The notes: a model not told the origin generated them from the letters alone. Shown: positions 1 through 13,618, counted from the stretch's first letter. The stretch: DNA of 64,000 nucleotides from Mobula hypostoma (GCF_963921235.1 NC_086108.1:92878001-92942000), one strand, 5' to 3'. Translations and numbers: made by a program.

Positions 1-5
1 AAGGT

Positions 6-100
6 GTCCAGATGAACGATCCTGACCAGAAATATTGACTGTCCATTTCCCTCCATCGATACTGCTGACGTGCTGAGTTCCTCCATCATTTTGTGTGTTG
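6..100 (+). mobile_element. Penelope-like element terminal fragment (family A)
   Basis: Degenerate gtcCAGATGA...GAAAtattgactg followed by tgctgagttcctccatcattttgtgtg, the same terminus as the other copies. Confidence 0.7.
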
Positions 101-426
101 TCCCAACCCACCGTGATTCCCTTTTCTCACACCATGAATTCACCATTCCACCCCTCGAATTTTCTCCTTCGCTCTCTGTGGTCCCGTTTCTTTCAACTAC
201 AAGGGGACCTGTGCAACTGTCACTTTAACAGGGGGCAGCACATGAATGCAGTGGGAGCTGTGTACACACACAAGAGCTTGCAACAGCTTTAATGGGAGAA
301 AACCCTCAAACTTGATGTCTCAATGCTCCAATTACTTTTGTTGTGAAGGCCGATTTGGAATCAGAGCAAAACATAACTCCACTAAACTAAATCAGATTTT
401 TATACCAGAAGTTATATTCAGGAAAA

Positions 427-1790
427 CACACAAAACGCTGGAGGAACTCAGCAGGCCAGGCAGCATCTGCGGAAAAGATGTTTCAGGCCAGGATCCTTCA
501 TTGGGACTGGAAAAAGAAAGAAGAAAAGTCAGAGTAAGAATGTGGGGGGGGGGGGGAGGAGGGAGGAAGAAGTACAAGGTGGTAGGTGATAGGTGAAAGT
601 GGGGGAGGGGGAGAAGTGAACTAAACCTTTACCAAACCTATTCTATTTCTTTTTAGTATATGTTGAGGGGAGCGGAGTCAACGACACTAATGGTTCTTTT
701 TTTTTACGTTTCACAACAGCCCATGTCTTTTTTTTCCTGTAGTTTAGTTGGTTAGTCTTGTTAGATTAGTTTTTTTGGGGGGTATATATATTTTTTTCTT
801 TTTTTCCTTTTTCATGTTAATTTGTTTATATATAATATTTGTATCCTGTAAGATTGGGAGGTTTAATATCCATGTACTGGGTTTATATTTATATATGATA
901 ATTACAACAATGTAATCCCAATAACTTTGTATGATTACTATGTTATGTTAATCTTTATCATTATGACACTAATAAAAAGATTGAAAAAGGAAAAGAGAGG
1001 TGAACTAAAGAGCTGGGAAATAGATTGGTGAAAGAGATAAAGAGCTGCTGAAGAGGGAATTGGATATGAAAGAGTAGAAGACCGTGGAAGAAAGGGAAAA
1101 TGGAGGAACACCAGAGGGAGGTAAATGGGCAGGTAAGGTGATAAGGTGAGAGAGGGAAACAGGAATGGGGAATGGTGAAGGGGGCGGTGCATTACTGGAA
1201 GTTCAAGAAATTGATGTTCATGCCATCAGGTTGGAGACTACCCAGATGGAATATAAGGTGTTGCTTCTTCAACTTGAGTGTGGCCTCGTTGTGGCAGTAG
1301 AGGAGGCCGTGGACTGACATGTCAGAATGGGAAGGGGAACTAGAATTGAAATGGGAGATCACGCTTTTTCTGGCAGTAGGTGCTCAGTGAAGATGTCTCC
1401 TAATCTACGTCGGGTCTCTCTGATATACAGGAGGCCATGCCAGGAGCACTGGATGCACTAGGTGACCCTAACAGACTCACAGGTGAAGTGTCGCCTCACT
1501 TGGAAAGACTGGGGCTTTGAATGGTAGTGAGGGAGGAGGTGTAGGGGCAGGTGTGGCACTTGCATGGGTAAGTACCAGGAGGGAGATCATTGGGGAGGGA
1601 CGAATGGACAAGGGAGTCACGGAGGGAGCGATCCCTGTGGAAAGCCGAAAGTGAGGGTGGAGGGATAAGACTGGTGGTGGGGTCCCGTTGGAGATGGCGG
1701 AAGTTATAGAGAATTATGTGCTGGACGCAGAGGCTAGTGGGGTGGTAGGTGAGGACAAGAGGAACCCTATCTCTAGTGGGATGCTCAGGA
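427..1790 (-). mobile_element. Penelope-like (Neptune-type) retroelement 3' part with decayed GIY-YIG endonuclease
   Basis: Minus strand about 1380-1580 reads PGTYPCKCHTCPY...HFTCESVRVT*CIQCSWHGLLYIRETRRRLGDIFTEHL (Cys cluster plus degenerate GIY-YIG); family A terminus at 427-510. Confidence 0.85.
626..994 (+). mobile_element. L1/Tx1-like 3' UTR inserted in the Penelope copy
   Basis: T-rich 3' UTR, AATAAA and A-rich tail; 15-bp TSD gagaagtgaactaaa (611-625) / gagaggtgaactaaa (995-1009). Confidence 0.65.
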
Positions 1791-2634
1791 ACTTCATTAG
1801 AATCATGTAAAACCTCACCACAGGTGAATTAAGACCTTATGACAAATATTTCACATCATCAAGGTAACAAGCACTACATGTGGAAAACAGAAATCTCACC
1901 AGCACCTTCTCTAGGTAAATATTGGCCTAGTCAGCAATGCCCACGTCCCTCAACACTAATGAATCAAAACATCAGCATCTTGCAATTGTTATTCCAGTTT
2001 GCACTTATATTTCTTATAGGGAAGGGGATTCTGTTTGAATTCTGTGGAGAAACAGATTGTGTACGGTCAGTTCTCATTGAAGGCCAGATGAACAACAAAT
2101 TGCATCAATATTGCACTATTAACAAAGTAAAACATCCCAAAACACTGTAAAGGAGCATGACGTATGTAATTGACAATGAGTGACTAAAAATGTGGTTATT
2201 TGTTTGGATTCGAATAAAGAGCATAAAACCAGGAGAGACTAAAGCAACTGTCCTACTTGATCAGCTAAATTCCAGAGAGAGCATAAACAGGAAACAGGAT
2301 TACTGTATATACAATATAATGCCATTGCATTCAAAATCTTTGCAGTCAGCAGAGAGAGAACATGCTCAGGAATTATTCACAACTAATTCTTGGCAGTGGA
2401 AGGATGCACACTCTTGAACAGATCCTGGTCGTCAGTGCAAAGTCCCTCTCATCTCCTCCTCCCCACCATCCCTTGTCTTATTACTCCATTCCTTAGTCAT
2501 CCCTCCTCTAACACTCTCCCTCCCTGGCATGAGAGAGCAGACTTGATGGACCAAATGGCCTAATCCTGCGTCTTGTGCTTTCCCTTTCCCACCCCTCCCC
2601 ATTCCTCTTTCCTTCCCTCTCCAAACGCCTGGTT

Positions 2635-2890
2635 GGGTGTCACAGTGTCACGGTCAGCGCGACGCTATTACAGCTTGGGGTGTCAAAGTTCAGAGTTCAA
2701 TCCCGGTGTTCCCTGTAAGGAGTTTGTACGTCCTCCTCATGGAATGTGTTGGCTCCCTCTGGGCGTTCTGGTCCCCACAGTCCAAAGACGTAACAGTTGG
2801 CAGGTTAATTAGTCATTGAAAATTGTCCTGTGATTAGTCTAGGATAAAATCGGGTGCACCTCGGAGAGCCTCTTCTGTGCTGTACCTCAT
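2635..2890 (+). mobile_element. V-SINE-like tRNA-derived SINE
   Basis: B-box-like gttcaatccc, V-domain-like gagtttgtacgtcctc...cccacagtccaaagacgt, CR1-like tail ctgtgctgta. Confidence 0.7.
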
Positions 2891-2967
2891 CGGGGGTTCC
2901 CAACCTGGAATCCACCGACCCCTCGGTTAATGATAATCCATGGCAGAAAAACGGCTGGGAGCCCCTG
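2891..2967. mobile_element. Tiny hAT-type MITE (about 77 bp); a related copy lies at about 5827-5895
   Basis: Termini cgggggttcccaacc ... ggctgggagcccctg resemble Charlie-type TIRs. Confidence 0.6.
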
Positions 2968-3789
2968 CTCTAAATAAACTAAATAAAAATAAATTCTGCT
3001 CCTGTTATTTCTCCACCCATTAAGAGCTCACTCCGCTCCAGATGAGCAGACCTCAAAGCACTACCATTTGCCCCCTCCCTTCTCTGGCAATAATCTCCCC
3101 ACACTTCACTGCCCTCCCAATACTAGCTTTATGCAGTGCTTCCTGATAGGGAGCTGCACCCTTTCCCTCCCCAGAACTACCCTCACTCCCACCATCAGCA
3201 CCCCAGTGGCCAATTAACCTCCTTTCTGGTCTCTGCTACAGCACCACCCCGGGACTAGTGCAGAGCCTTGAACCTTGAACCCTGAACCTTCAGAGAACCT
3301 CTGGAAAAATGTCATTCCATTTATTAAAGATTCCATAAAGACTTGGCACATTTAGACATGGGAGTTCCTGGTGCCAGTGCCCCACCTTCCAATTAATCTA
3401 ACTATCTTCTCACGTATTTTAGAGCAGAGAACAATACAGCACAAGAACAGGTTCTTCAACCCCCAACATCTGAGCCAGCCACAATGCCAATTTAAGCTGC
3501 GCATCCACATGTATGTTGTCTTTATACCTTCATTTTCTGCCTGCTCGTGTGTCTGTCTCCTAAACACCACTCTAATACTTGCTCTATCACCTCCCCGCAA
3601 AGTGAGTTTCAAGAAACTAAAACTACTTGCGTAAAAAAACATTGCCCTCTACATCCCCTTCAAACTTTCCCTTTCTCAAGGTAATGCTACGTTCTTTGCC
3701 TTTTGACATTTCCACCCTGGACAAAATATAAGACAAGGCACCCTGTTCATGCCTTTCATACATACAACTTTAACACAGGTTGTCACTTC

Positions 3790-5065
3790 AATAATAAGCA
3801 AACGCTTTGAGAGGCTGGTCAAGGACTACACCTGGAGCTTGCTACCACCCACACTGGACCCTCTACAATTTGCCTACCAACACAACTGATTGACAGATGA
3901 CGCAATAACCACAGCTCTACACACCATCCTTATACATTCGGAGAAGAAGGATGCTTATGTGCGAGTGCTGTTCTTGGACTACAGTTCAGCATTCAACACC
4001 ATAATTCCCTCCAGACTCCACAAGAAGCTCAGAGATCTCGGCCTTCACCCTGCCTTGAGTAGTTGGATCCTGGACTTCCTGTCAGATCGCCAACAGGTGG
4101 TAAGAGTGGGCTCCCTCATCTCTGCCCCTCTGACCCTCCACACAGGTGCCCCTCAGGGCTGTGTCCTAAGGCCCCTCCTTTACTCTCTGTACACCCATGA
4201 CTGTGTCACCATCCACAGCTCCAATCTGCGAATTAAAGTTGCTGATGACACTACACTGATTGGCCTAATCTCAAATACTAATCAGGCAGCCTGCAGAGAA
4301 GTCATCACCCTGACACAGTGGTGTCAAGAAGACAATCTCTCCCTCAACATTGCAAAAACAAAGGAGCTGGTTGTGGACTACAGGAGGAATGGAGACAGGC
4401 TAACCCCTATTGACCTCAATGGATCTGGGGTTGAGAGGGTGAACAGTATTAAGTTCCTCAGCATAAACATCACTGAGGACTTCACGTGGTCTGTACATAC
4501 TGGCTGTGTGTTGAAAAAGGCACAACAATGCCTCTTTCACCTCAGATAGTTGAAGGATTTTCGTGTGGACCCCCAAATCCTAAGGAATTTCTACAAGGGC
4601 ACAATTGAGAGCATCCTGACTGGCTGCATCACTGCCTGGTATGGGGACTGTACTTCCCTCAATCACAGGACTCTGTAGAGAGTGGTGTGGACAGCCCAGC
4701 AAATCAGTAGATGTGAGCTTCCCACTATTCAGGACATTTACAAAGGCAGGTGTGTAAAAAGGGCCCGAAGGATCATTGGCGACCCGAGTCACCCCAACCA
4801 CAAACTGTACCATCCGGGAAATGGTACTGCAGTATAAAAGCCAGGACCAACAGGCTCTGGGACAGCTTCTTCCACCAGCCCATCAGACTGATTAACTCAT
4901 GCTGACACAACTGTATTTCTATGTTATATTGACTGTCCTGTTGTACATACTATTTATTATAAATGACTATAAATTGCACATTGCACATTTAGACGGAGAC
5001 GTAACATAAAGATTTTTACTCCTCATGTATATGAAGGGTGTAAGTAATAATGTCAATTCAATTCA
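3790..5065 (+). mobile_element. Rex1/Babar-clade LINE, 5'-truncated RT and 3' UTR
   Basis: ORF 3890-4549 has [26 protein letters not shown]; ends in a (caatt)n tail. Confidence 0.9.
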
Positions 5066-5371
5066 GGACATTTCTGATTCTACCTCTGCTTCTACGTTAG
5101 GCAGTTCACTGGAATACAAGTATGATCCAAACACAGAGTGTCACTGTAATGCCATGGTAATGTGATTAGCTTGTAATCTCAGACATTGAATTGGACTCCA
5201 GATAGTGAATTTAATCTCAATTAATTAAATAAGTCTGAAATTAGTTGCTTGTCATTAGTGACTGTACCACAAAATCGCTCTACTGCTGTAATAATGTGAA
5301 AAGTGGTGGAAAAATGAATGTGGTTGCTCTGTACAAATCTAATGGCCTACACATGGCTCCAGAGTCACTAT

Positions 5372-6128
5372 ACAACACAGAAACATCTCTTCAGCAAACT
5401 CGTCCAGGTTGGCCAAGTTGCCAACCTGAGCCAGATCCATTTACCTGTGCTTGGCCCATAAACTTTTAAATCTCTGTATCGATGAACTTCTTTAAATATA
5501 CTTTAAATGATATAATTGTACCCACCTCTATCACTTCCCCTGGCATCTTATTCCAAATACCCAACACCCTGTGTATGCTAAAGTTGCCCCGCAGGCCCTC
5601 TTTAAACCCTCTCATCTGAAGTCCATGCCTTTCAGCTGAGGGCTCCCCTACCCTGGAAAAACAACTGTGACCATTAACCTTACCTATGCAACACATACAA
5701 AATGCTGGAGGAACTCAGCAGGTCAGGCAGCATCTATGGGAATGAATAAACAGTCAATGTTTTGGGCCGAGACCCTTCATCAGGACTGAAGAATCTATGG
5801 CCTTCACGATTTTATATACCTGTGCAGCAGGAGTTCCCAAACTTTTTCATGCTATGGATCCCTACTGTTAACTGAGGGGTCTGTGGGTGCCTCTGCTTAT
5901 GGGGTCACCCCTCAGCCTCCTAAGCTCCAGGTAAAAAATTCCCCAGCCTACCCAGCCCCCCCGCTTATAATTCAAGCCCTCCAGTCTCAGTAGCATCCTT
6001 GTGAGTCTTCACTGCACCCTCTCCAGCCTAATGACATTCTTCCTACAGCAAGGCAAATAGACCCGCACACAGTACACCAAGTGTGGTCTCACTAACGTCT
6101 TGTACAGCTGTAACATGACATCCCAAAC
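5372..6128 (-). mobile_element. CR1 LINE 3' fragment with Penelope terminus (5691-5790) and hAT MITE insertions
   Basis: ORF 5466-5696 RGNFSIHRVLGIWNKMP is CR1 C-terminus-like. Confidence 0.8.
5751..5788 (-). ncRNA. Degenerate minimal hammerhead ribozyme motif
   Basis: CAGUC-CUGAUGA-A-GGGUCUCGGCCC-AAAA-CAUU-GACUG; G12 lost. Confidence 0.65.
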
Positions 6129-6414
6129 CAATTACCCTCTTAAGTGCCCTCCAAAATGGCCCAAAACACAACTTAGATGATGGTGGAATTCAGGTACAAT
6201 AACTATTCAGGCATTCAGACGGGCAGAGTTTGGCAAGGTGCTGAAGTACTCGTTCCTGGTACGGGCCAATGAGATTCATGAAGACGGGCAGGAAAAGGTT
6301 TGCATATACACGTGGGCTGAAGGGCCCATTTCTGTGATGCAGAACTTTTTGACTCATGGGCAATAAAAGATGGGTCTTGTCAGTCATACCATCACCCAGT
6401 GATCAATAAAAATA

Positions 6415-6960
6415 AATACACAGAAAGGTGGTGAAATGCAGCTGGTCAGGCAGCATCTATGGAGAGGAATAAGCAGTTGAGGGCCAAGACCTTTCATCAG
6501 GACTGGAAAGGAAGGGAGAAAAAGACATATTAAGAAGGTGGGGGGGGGGAAGAGGAATGAGTAGGTACGAGGGGAATACCTACTCATGACAAGGTGAGGG
6601 GGAAGGTGGAAAAGGCTGAAGAAGAAAGAATCTGATAAGAGAGAAGAGTGGACCACAGGAGAAAGGGAAGGAGGGGCACCAGAGGGAGGTGAACAGCAGT
6701 GAGAAGGAGAGAAGGTGTAAGAGGGGAGCCAGAATGGGAAATGGAAAAAGAGAGAGATGTGGGAGTGGGGAGAAATTTCTGGAATCTAGAACAAATCAAT
6801 GTTCATGCCATCAGGTTGCAGGTTACCCAGATGGAATATGAAGTGTTGCTCCCCCAACCTGAGAACCACTTCACCATGGCAGTAAAGGAGGCCATGGACC
6901 AACAATCTGAATGGGAATGGGAAGTAGAATTACAATGGGAAAACATGCATCCTGTGGTGG
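6415..6960 (-). mobile_element. Penelope-like family A 3' fragment
   Basis: Terminus ctttcatcaggactgg plus body homologous to 510-1360. Confidence 0.8.
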
Positions 6961-7127
6961 ACAGAGCGGATGTGTTCGCTTAGGGATTGTCATAAGACTG
7001 TCCAACTATTGCTTGGTTAGTATGTATGAGATCTTTCACTACCTTCTTCATACTGCTCCCCCTGGGGTGCCAAGGGTGGGTTTCGGCAGCTACAAAATTC
7101 GTCCATCCACTTCACTGAGAAACTTAC

Positions 7128-7297
7128 CTACTGCAAAGAGGCAGAGTCCGACAATGTACCCCTTGCTCATTATGATGCCACGTATGACTTGTTGGAAAAT
7201 GTCACTCTCGTTGACCAGATGAATAAGCGCCGCGAGAAAGTGGGAGTAACAGGCTGGGCTCTGAGGGACACAGCGATTAAAGAGCGGGAGTGGCTTG
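7128..7297 (-). CDS. SLC44A3: SLC44A3 exon (170 bp, phase 2/1)
   Basis: ttccAG|C...G|GTaagt; KPLPLFNRCVPQSPACYSHFLAALIHLVNESDIFQQVIRGIIMSKGYIVGLCLFAV, with the FNRCVP motif and the start of TM2. Confidence 0.94.
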
Positions 7298-7764
7298 CTG
7301 GAAGAACAAACGACAGCAATGTAAATGACAAGGTCAAGGTCAAGGACTCGTGAAGTTGTTAATAAACTTGCAGTTATACAACTTTGTCACTTCCAGACAA
7401 CTCTACAGCAGAGGAAGTAAAGTATTTATACGAGGAGTGGTCACTGTTGTAAGGTTGCATTTAGACACAGAAACAGAGCTAATGCTTTGCTGCAACTCAG
7501 GGCTCTGGGAACAGCTTTCTCCTCTTTGCCATCAGATTTCTGATTGGACAATGAACCCGTGTACAAGAACTCAATATCTTTTTCCTCTCCTTTTGCACTA
7601 CTTGATTAATTTATATTTAAATATGTATTTATTGCAATTTATAGTTTTTTTTTATTATTATGTATTACAATGCACACCAGTGATTCTAAATGGTATGGAA
7701 TGATGACACCATGAGCCTCCAGAAATTTTCTCCTTACTTTCTGGCCAAGAAAGATCTCCAATAT

Positions 7765-8095
7765 AGAACATAGAAACATATAAATCTACAGCACATTACA
7801 GGCCCTTCGGCCCACAATGTTGTGCCGACTATGTAACCTAGTCTAGCAACTGCCTAGAATTTCCCTACTGCGTAGCCCTCCATTTTTCTAAGCTCCGTGT
7901 ACCTCTCTAAGAGTCTCTTAAAAGACCCTATTGTATCCACCTCTACCACTGTCACTGGCAGTGCATTCCGCACTTCCTCCACTCTTTGTGTGAAAAACTT
8001 ATATATGACATCCCCCTTGTACCTACTTCCAAGCACCTTAAAACTATGCCTCCTTGTGTTAGCCATTTCGGCCAGAGGAAAAAGCCTCTGGCTAT
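7765..8095 (-). mobile_element. CR1 LINE 3' end
   Basis: ORF 7854-8099 FFTQRVEEVRNALP; (ttctatg)n-type tail. Confidence 0.85.
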
Positions 8096-8109
8096 CCAAC
8101 CACGCCCTA

Positions 8110-8395
8110 CTCCTTCAGTGTCATCAAGAGGACATGGCCAGAATCATCATGAGGAAATGCTGGAGATGGATTGGGCACATGATGAGAGGAGAGGCCAACT
8201 CCATCATCAAGACAGCACTTCATTAGACACTGAAGTGTGGAGGAAACACGGAAGATCAAACACAACTTGGCGCCGTACCATTGAGGTGGAAATGAGGACC
8301 CTGAACTACATCTGGGGCAAAATAGAGACGATGGCCAAGGACAGAGATGGAGGACCTTCATTGCTGCCCTAAACACCAGCGGCAAAACAGGTAGA
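8110..8395 (+). mobile_element. RTE-clade LINE 3' fragment
   Basis: RWIGHMMR...KTALH...GRSNTTWRRTIE, the RTE ORF C-terminal motifs. Confidence 0.8.
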
Positions 8396-8829
8396 AACTG
8401 ATTCTAAATGTTTCAGGTGAATGGTTCTTCACCTTCTCTGATATTTTATAATTCATAAGACTCTCAATCTTTTTTCAATATATTCAATAACACAGCTGTA
8501 TGGGGCCAATAACTCATAACCCTCTCAGAGAAGAAATTCCTCTCCATCTCCACTTGAAATGGACAACCCTTTACATTGAAAATGCTGGCGTCTATTTCAA
8601 GATATCCACACATCTCTTCGCAGCCACCCTGGTGTTCCAGTAAGATCAGCAATAGTTCCTACAAACTCCAAAAAATACAAGACCAAACCACCCAAGCTCT
8701 CTTCAAACATCAACTTAGGAATCACATGAATTTCCTCTTCGTTGCCCCTAAAATATTCCTTAAATATGGAGACCAAACTGTCTGCCGTACTCAAAAACAT
8801 TTCATTAGCCTTCCTTGCTGTACCTCCCA

Positions 8830-11800
8830 ACATGTCGCTTTCAAGCTGCCAGAGTTTTGGGAGCAGCACACCACTGTGTGATTTGCACAGGCGGAAGCCC
8901 AGTTTGCACTGTGAGAAACCACTGTCAACAACACCAAACTTTACTGTGAGATAGCATCGCTAAGTAATTCCACCGCGGGCAGAGCGTTGGACCTTCGGAA
9001 CTAATGGACTACATGCTATCTCTCCTGGGCAATCACTATCCTCGACTCATTTTTAAAGAACTCTTTAAGCAACAAATGCCTGATCAAGTTCACATAGCCT
9101 TTGCTAATACACCCTGGAAGGACTATAAGGTGTTTGTTAAGATTCCCAATAGTCCACAGGCAGAAGTTCCTCGCCCTTTCCCTGTCTCAATAAGGCCTGT
9201 CAGCAGAACCTCTAGCAGATCCACACCCACGGCTCTGAAACACACAATGCCGGATCTATGATTTTACCGTGCACACTTCAGCAAAAAAACGCCAAGCAGT
9301 GCTGACCGCCATGCAGCTTCAACAGCACCAGCGCATCGGGACGTTGGAGCTCTGTGAACACTGTGGGTTTCGGCTACCAGGGTCGTCTGTGGTTCATTAT
9401 GGACACCCTTTCAGGGTGATGCTTCCTGGGTGACAGGGGCACTCAAGTGAATGGGCTGACAGCATCACCCACTGATTATAAGGCAGAGAGTGACGGGCTC
9501 TTCCTGGAGGCAGCCAACAGCAGCAGCATCTGGGCTTATGGGACACGAACATGATACTCTGTTTCAGCGGATGATGCTACACATGGGTCTTTTCTGAAGT
9601 GGCTAGACATCTGCTCAATGCAGGTTGCCTGTATGCCATTGATCTACAGAACCTCTGGCTTGTGACTGCAAACGACTTTGTGCCGTTACCATGTACCCCC
9701 AGTAAGTTCCCCGTGATGACTCTGTCTAGTGCATGCACCACCACCTGTGAATTCAGTCTGCTGCTGGCCGAATTCCCAAACCTCTCCAAGCCAACGTTTC
9801 CCACTACAGTCACAAGGCATTGGGTCAAGCACCTCAACCAGCTTGACGGTCCTCACCCGTGCACATAGACTAGACTCAGAAAAGCTGGTGAGCACGAAGG
9901 CTGAGCTTGCTAATGTAGAAATGTTTGGCATTGTACACAGGTCAGATAGCACTTGGGCTTCAGTCCTTCACACATCCTGTAAGCCCGACAGTGATTCCGT
10001 AAGTCCATACAGTGATTACCGCTGTCTTAACAAGGCCACCACCACCGATCGTTACTCCGTCCCACGTAGTCAAGGCTTTTTGGCACATTTAGCCGGAAAG
10101 ATTTTTTTTCTTCAAAGTGAACATTGTCAGGGGCTACCATCAGGTGCCCGTGTGCACTGAGGACACTCCCAAAACTGCTGATATAATTCTGTTCGGCCTG
10201 AGTTTCTGCGCATCCTGTTTGTACTGAAAAATGCAATACAGACTTTCCAGTGACTAATGGACTTAGATTTTCCTTTTGTTTACGTGGACGACAGGCTTGT
10301 CGCCAGCACATCAAAACCAAGCACTTGGCACATCATCACACACTTCACAAGCACAGGCTGATTGTGAAGCCCTCTAAATGCCAGTTTGCATTGTCTTCTA
10401 TTGACTTTCTTGGCCAGTGCATCTCCACAGAAGGTACAACTCTCCTGCTCTCAAAAATCGCTGCTATTACGGACTTCCCGCTGCGCTGCACTCTGAAAGC
10501 ACCACAAGAGTTTTGAAGTATAGTGAATTTCTATTACTGTTTCATTTCATAAGCTGCTGAACCTATCCTCCCCTTGTATAAAGGCACTGCCCCTAATCCC
10601 ATGCTTAAGTGGTCAGTGAACATGGCCACAGCATTTGATGACAACAAACGAGCTCTTTCAAATGCTACACTACTGACATACCCGCTCCCCAATGCACCTA
10701 CAGCCATCACTACTGATGTGTCAGACTACACTGCGGGCGCTGTGTAGAAACCGCTGGAGTTGCGTGGCGGCCACTTGCCTTCTTCAGCTGGCAGCTCCAC
10801 TCTAACAAGAGTAGGTACGGCATAGTTGACCCCAAGCGTCTCCATCTCTCTCTCTCTGGCCATCCGCCATTTTTGTTTTCTACTGAAGGTTCGTCATTTC
10901 GCAGCGTTGGTTGACCACAAACCTCTCATGCGCGTGATGGCCAAAGCGTCAGACCCTTGGCCTACACGGGAGCAACGGCACTTGGCCTGCTTTTTGGAAT
11001 TCATGACTGACATACAGCACATCGAAGGGAAAAATAACGCTGGGGTTGATTGCCTCTCACAGCCCGCTGCCGATGCTAGACACAATGGGGGTTAACTATG
11101 CCGGCAAGGCAGCTGATCAAGCTACTGACTACTGGTCTAGGTTTACAGGATAGCAGTCACAGGCCTGCAGCTGGCTGACAGCAAGTTCAGGGACGCAGGA
11201 GTTTCTCTCCTTTGCATGTTTCAACCACTCTCGCCCCACAGTGCCCGCAAACTGGAGGCGTACTGTTTTTAACTCTACTCACGACATCTCGCAACCGGGC
11301 AGGAAGGCTTCAAGGAAACCGGCAGCTTTAAAGTTTGTCTGGCACAGCCTTAGGAAGGACATATGAGACTGGGGAGTAGCCTGTGTTTTGTGTCAGCAGG
11401 CAAAAAATAACCGTCAAGTTTAAGTGACATTGGCACCTTCTGAGGTCCCTGAGCAACAGTTTCAGCACATCAACGTGGCCCCGGTTGGTCCACTTCCCCC
11501 GGCCCCCGCGGTTTCATGCATCTCCTTACCATGATGACCATGGTGCACTGTAGCCAGACGTTCTCCCTCTAGTGCCATGGCAGCTGCGGACGTGGCTCGG
11601 GCGTTCATCAGTACCTGGGTCGCTCGCTTTGGCACCCCACCTGATATTTCTTCCGACCACAGTCCCCAATCCACGTTGACCGCTGAGCCACAATGGCCCA
11701 GAACCTCAGCGTTAAATTGCATCACAGATGGCACATCACTCACAGCCTAATGGCCTGTGTCAGTGTGGTTTCACCGTTCCTTAAAGGCTGCTCTGAGGGC

Positions 11801-12643
11801 CTCCCCGAAAGACGAGTCTTGGCAAAATGGTCTCCAGTGAGTCCTGCTGGGGCTCAGAATGGCTTCAAAAGAGAGCTTGCAGTCCTCTGCAGCTGAGCTG
11901 GTGTACGGGCAGCGGCTATGGGTGCAGGGTGATTTTATTCCTGAAGCCACAACTGCCTTGTTGGCGTCTCAGCAGCATTCCTTCCTCCTTAGTAGATTCA
12001 ATTCTTTTATACCTATTCCCACCTCCCATCATGGCCTACAGTCTCTTGGGTTCTGTTGACCCACGTTCTACCTCGCTCGTTCTTGTTCGCCATGATGCAC
12101 GTCAACACCCCTTGAACCCCCTTATAATGGCCCGTTCCACGCTATGGAATGGGGCAAAAAGACCTTTATTGCAGATACTGAATGTATTTCTGTAAATCGC
12201 CTTAAACCGGCCCACCAAGACCTGGATGGCTCCACTGCCATACACCCTGCATCATGACATGACCATGTGTGAGTCAGCCCATCCCTGGATGACCAGAAGC
12301 ACCTGCTGTTACTCCAGTCCAGCACGTAGGACCCAAGTCGGGCGGCTTGTACAAGTTCTAGACAGGCTCACAATGTTGGTGTTGGTGAATTCTGTGGGGG
12401 TGAAGGGCCTGTGTAAGGTAACGTAATGGGTGACAGATGACACATATTGTTCACAATAGAACCTATTCTACATAATTCACATACACTGTCATTGAGTTGT
12501 GTTCCCCTTAAGAGACAGTGTCTGGCATAATGATGTCAGTGTTAGGCGACTGCTTTTGCTTTGTTGGTAAGGTAAGTAAAGGGCTACGGCTTTTGTTAAG
12601 CACATAAAACGACCCCCACATGTTTTATTCAGAAAATCCTACA
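8830..12643 (+). mobile_element. Degenerate Ty3/Gypsy LTR retrotransposon (gag-pro-RT-RNaseH-IN, 3' LTR; 5' LTR missing)
   Basis: gag VAFKLPEFW (about 8835), protease-like region about 9420, RT remnants (DYRCLNKAT, KCQFALSSIDFLG), RNase H DHKPL and IQHIEGKNNAGVDCLS, integrase remnants 11280-11950; many stops and frameshifts. Confidence 0.88.
12412..12643 (+). repeat. Gypsy 3' LTR
   Basis: Preceded by a purine-rich PPT-like gtgggggtgaagggcc; termini TGTAAGG...CCTACA. Confidence 0.7.
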
Positions 12644-13618
12644 CCACTACCTATTAAATCCTCCCAACGGTGTGTGTCTCAAATAGCCTCTGACAACCAA
12701 GTCCAATTCCTGGCCTTCACACATGGCTTAGCTACTAAGCCTGGTGGAAGCATTTCCACTGACAGGGGAAGGGACAAGGGTGAGTTACTGACGCCAGGCA
12801 CTTTGGGCAGGTGGGGCTCATCAGCCGTGGTTGGCAGCTCACTTAGGAGAAGGAAAACTCTGATCTCAAATCTCTTCTGCCTTGCAGCTCTACCCACTCA
12901 TGGAGAAGGCTTCAGGAGTAAACCCAAGGGAAAAATCTGGTCGGAGTCCCTAAGGCAGTTCCTACATTGAGCTCAAAAGGTTCAAAGGTTCATATATTAT
13001 CAAAGCATGTATCCATATACAATTCTGAAATTTGTATTCTCCAAATCACCACAAAACAAAGAAAGAACACGTAAGTTTCAGCCAGAAACATCAAACCCAA
13101 CCCCCATTAAAAAACGAACAGCATCCTGATCATCGACCCCTAAAACCCCTCTCCTCCCGCACAAAACAGAACAAGAACATTGACCCCCCCAAAAAGCAAC
13201 CCCTCCCCCACATGAAAAACTAACAAAACATCAAACCCCAAACCCCTCACAAAACGGTAAAGGAACAGGCGATAAAAAACATAGAATATAAAAACTATAA
13301 ATCCAAAAAAGTCTACAGTCTATAAATACAATATCCAATCCATAAACGCTGAACCACAATATGACCGACATTCATCGAAAGAGAGGGACACCACACGAGG
13401 AAGAGAGGCCTACACTCTGACTGGCAACTCCTGCGACACTACTTTATTGATCTCTGCCATTCCTTTGGATTCATCTGCTGCATAACAAGGGGGAGCCTGG
13501 TACCTGAGCAACAGTTTGCTCTCTATATTGTATTGCCCTGGCTTACATACCGGATTGTGTATCACATGGACAACTGGGATGTGACATCCATGGTTGACTC
13601 CAACCAACAGAGGGCATC
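12644..13618 (+). mobile_element. Non-coding non-LTR-derived element (family X, copy 1), 5'-clipped, split by an insertion at about 12976-13410
   Basis: Collinear with 54546-55122 (tgacaaccaag, ggccttcac, ggagtaaaccc, ctggcaac...ctgcga). Confidence 0.75.
12976..13410 (-). mobile_element. LINE 3'-end-like insertion with (gaaccttt)n tail
   Basis: Plus strand starts aaaggttcaaaggttc, then an A/C-rich body with short internal repeats; interrupts family X. Confidence 0.5.
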
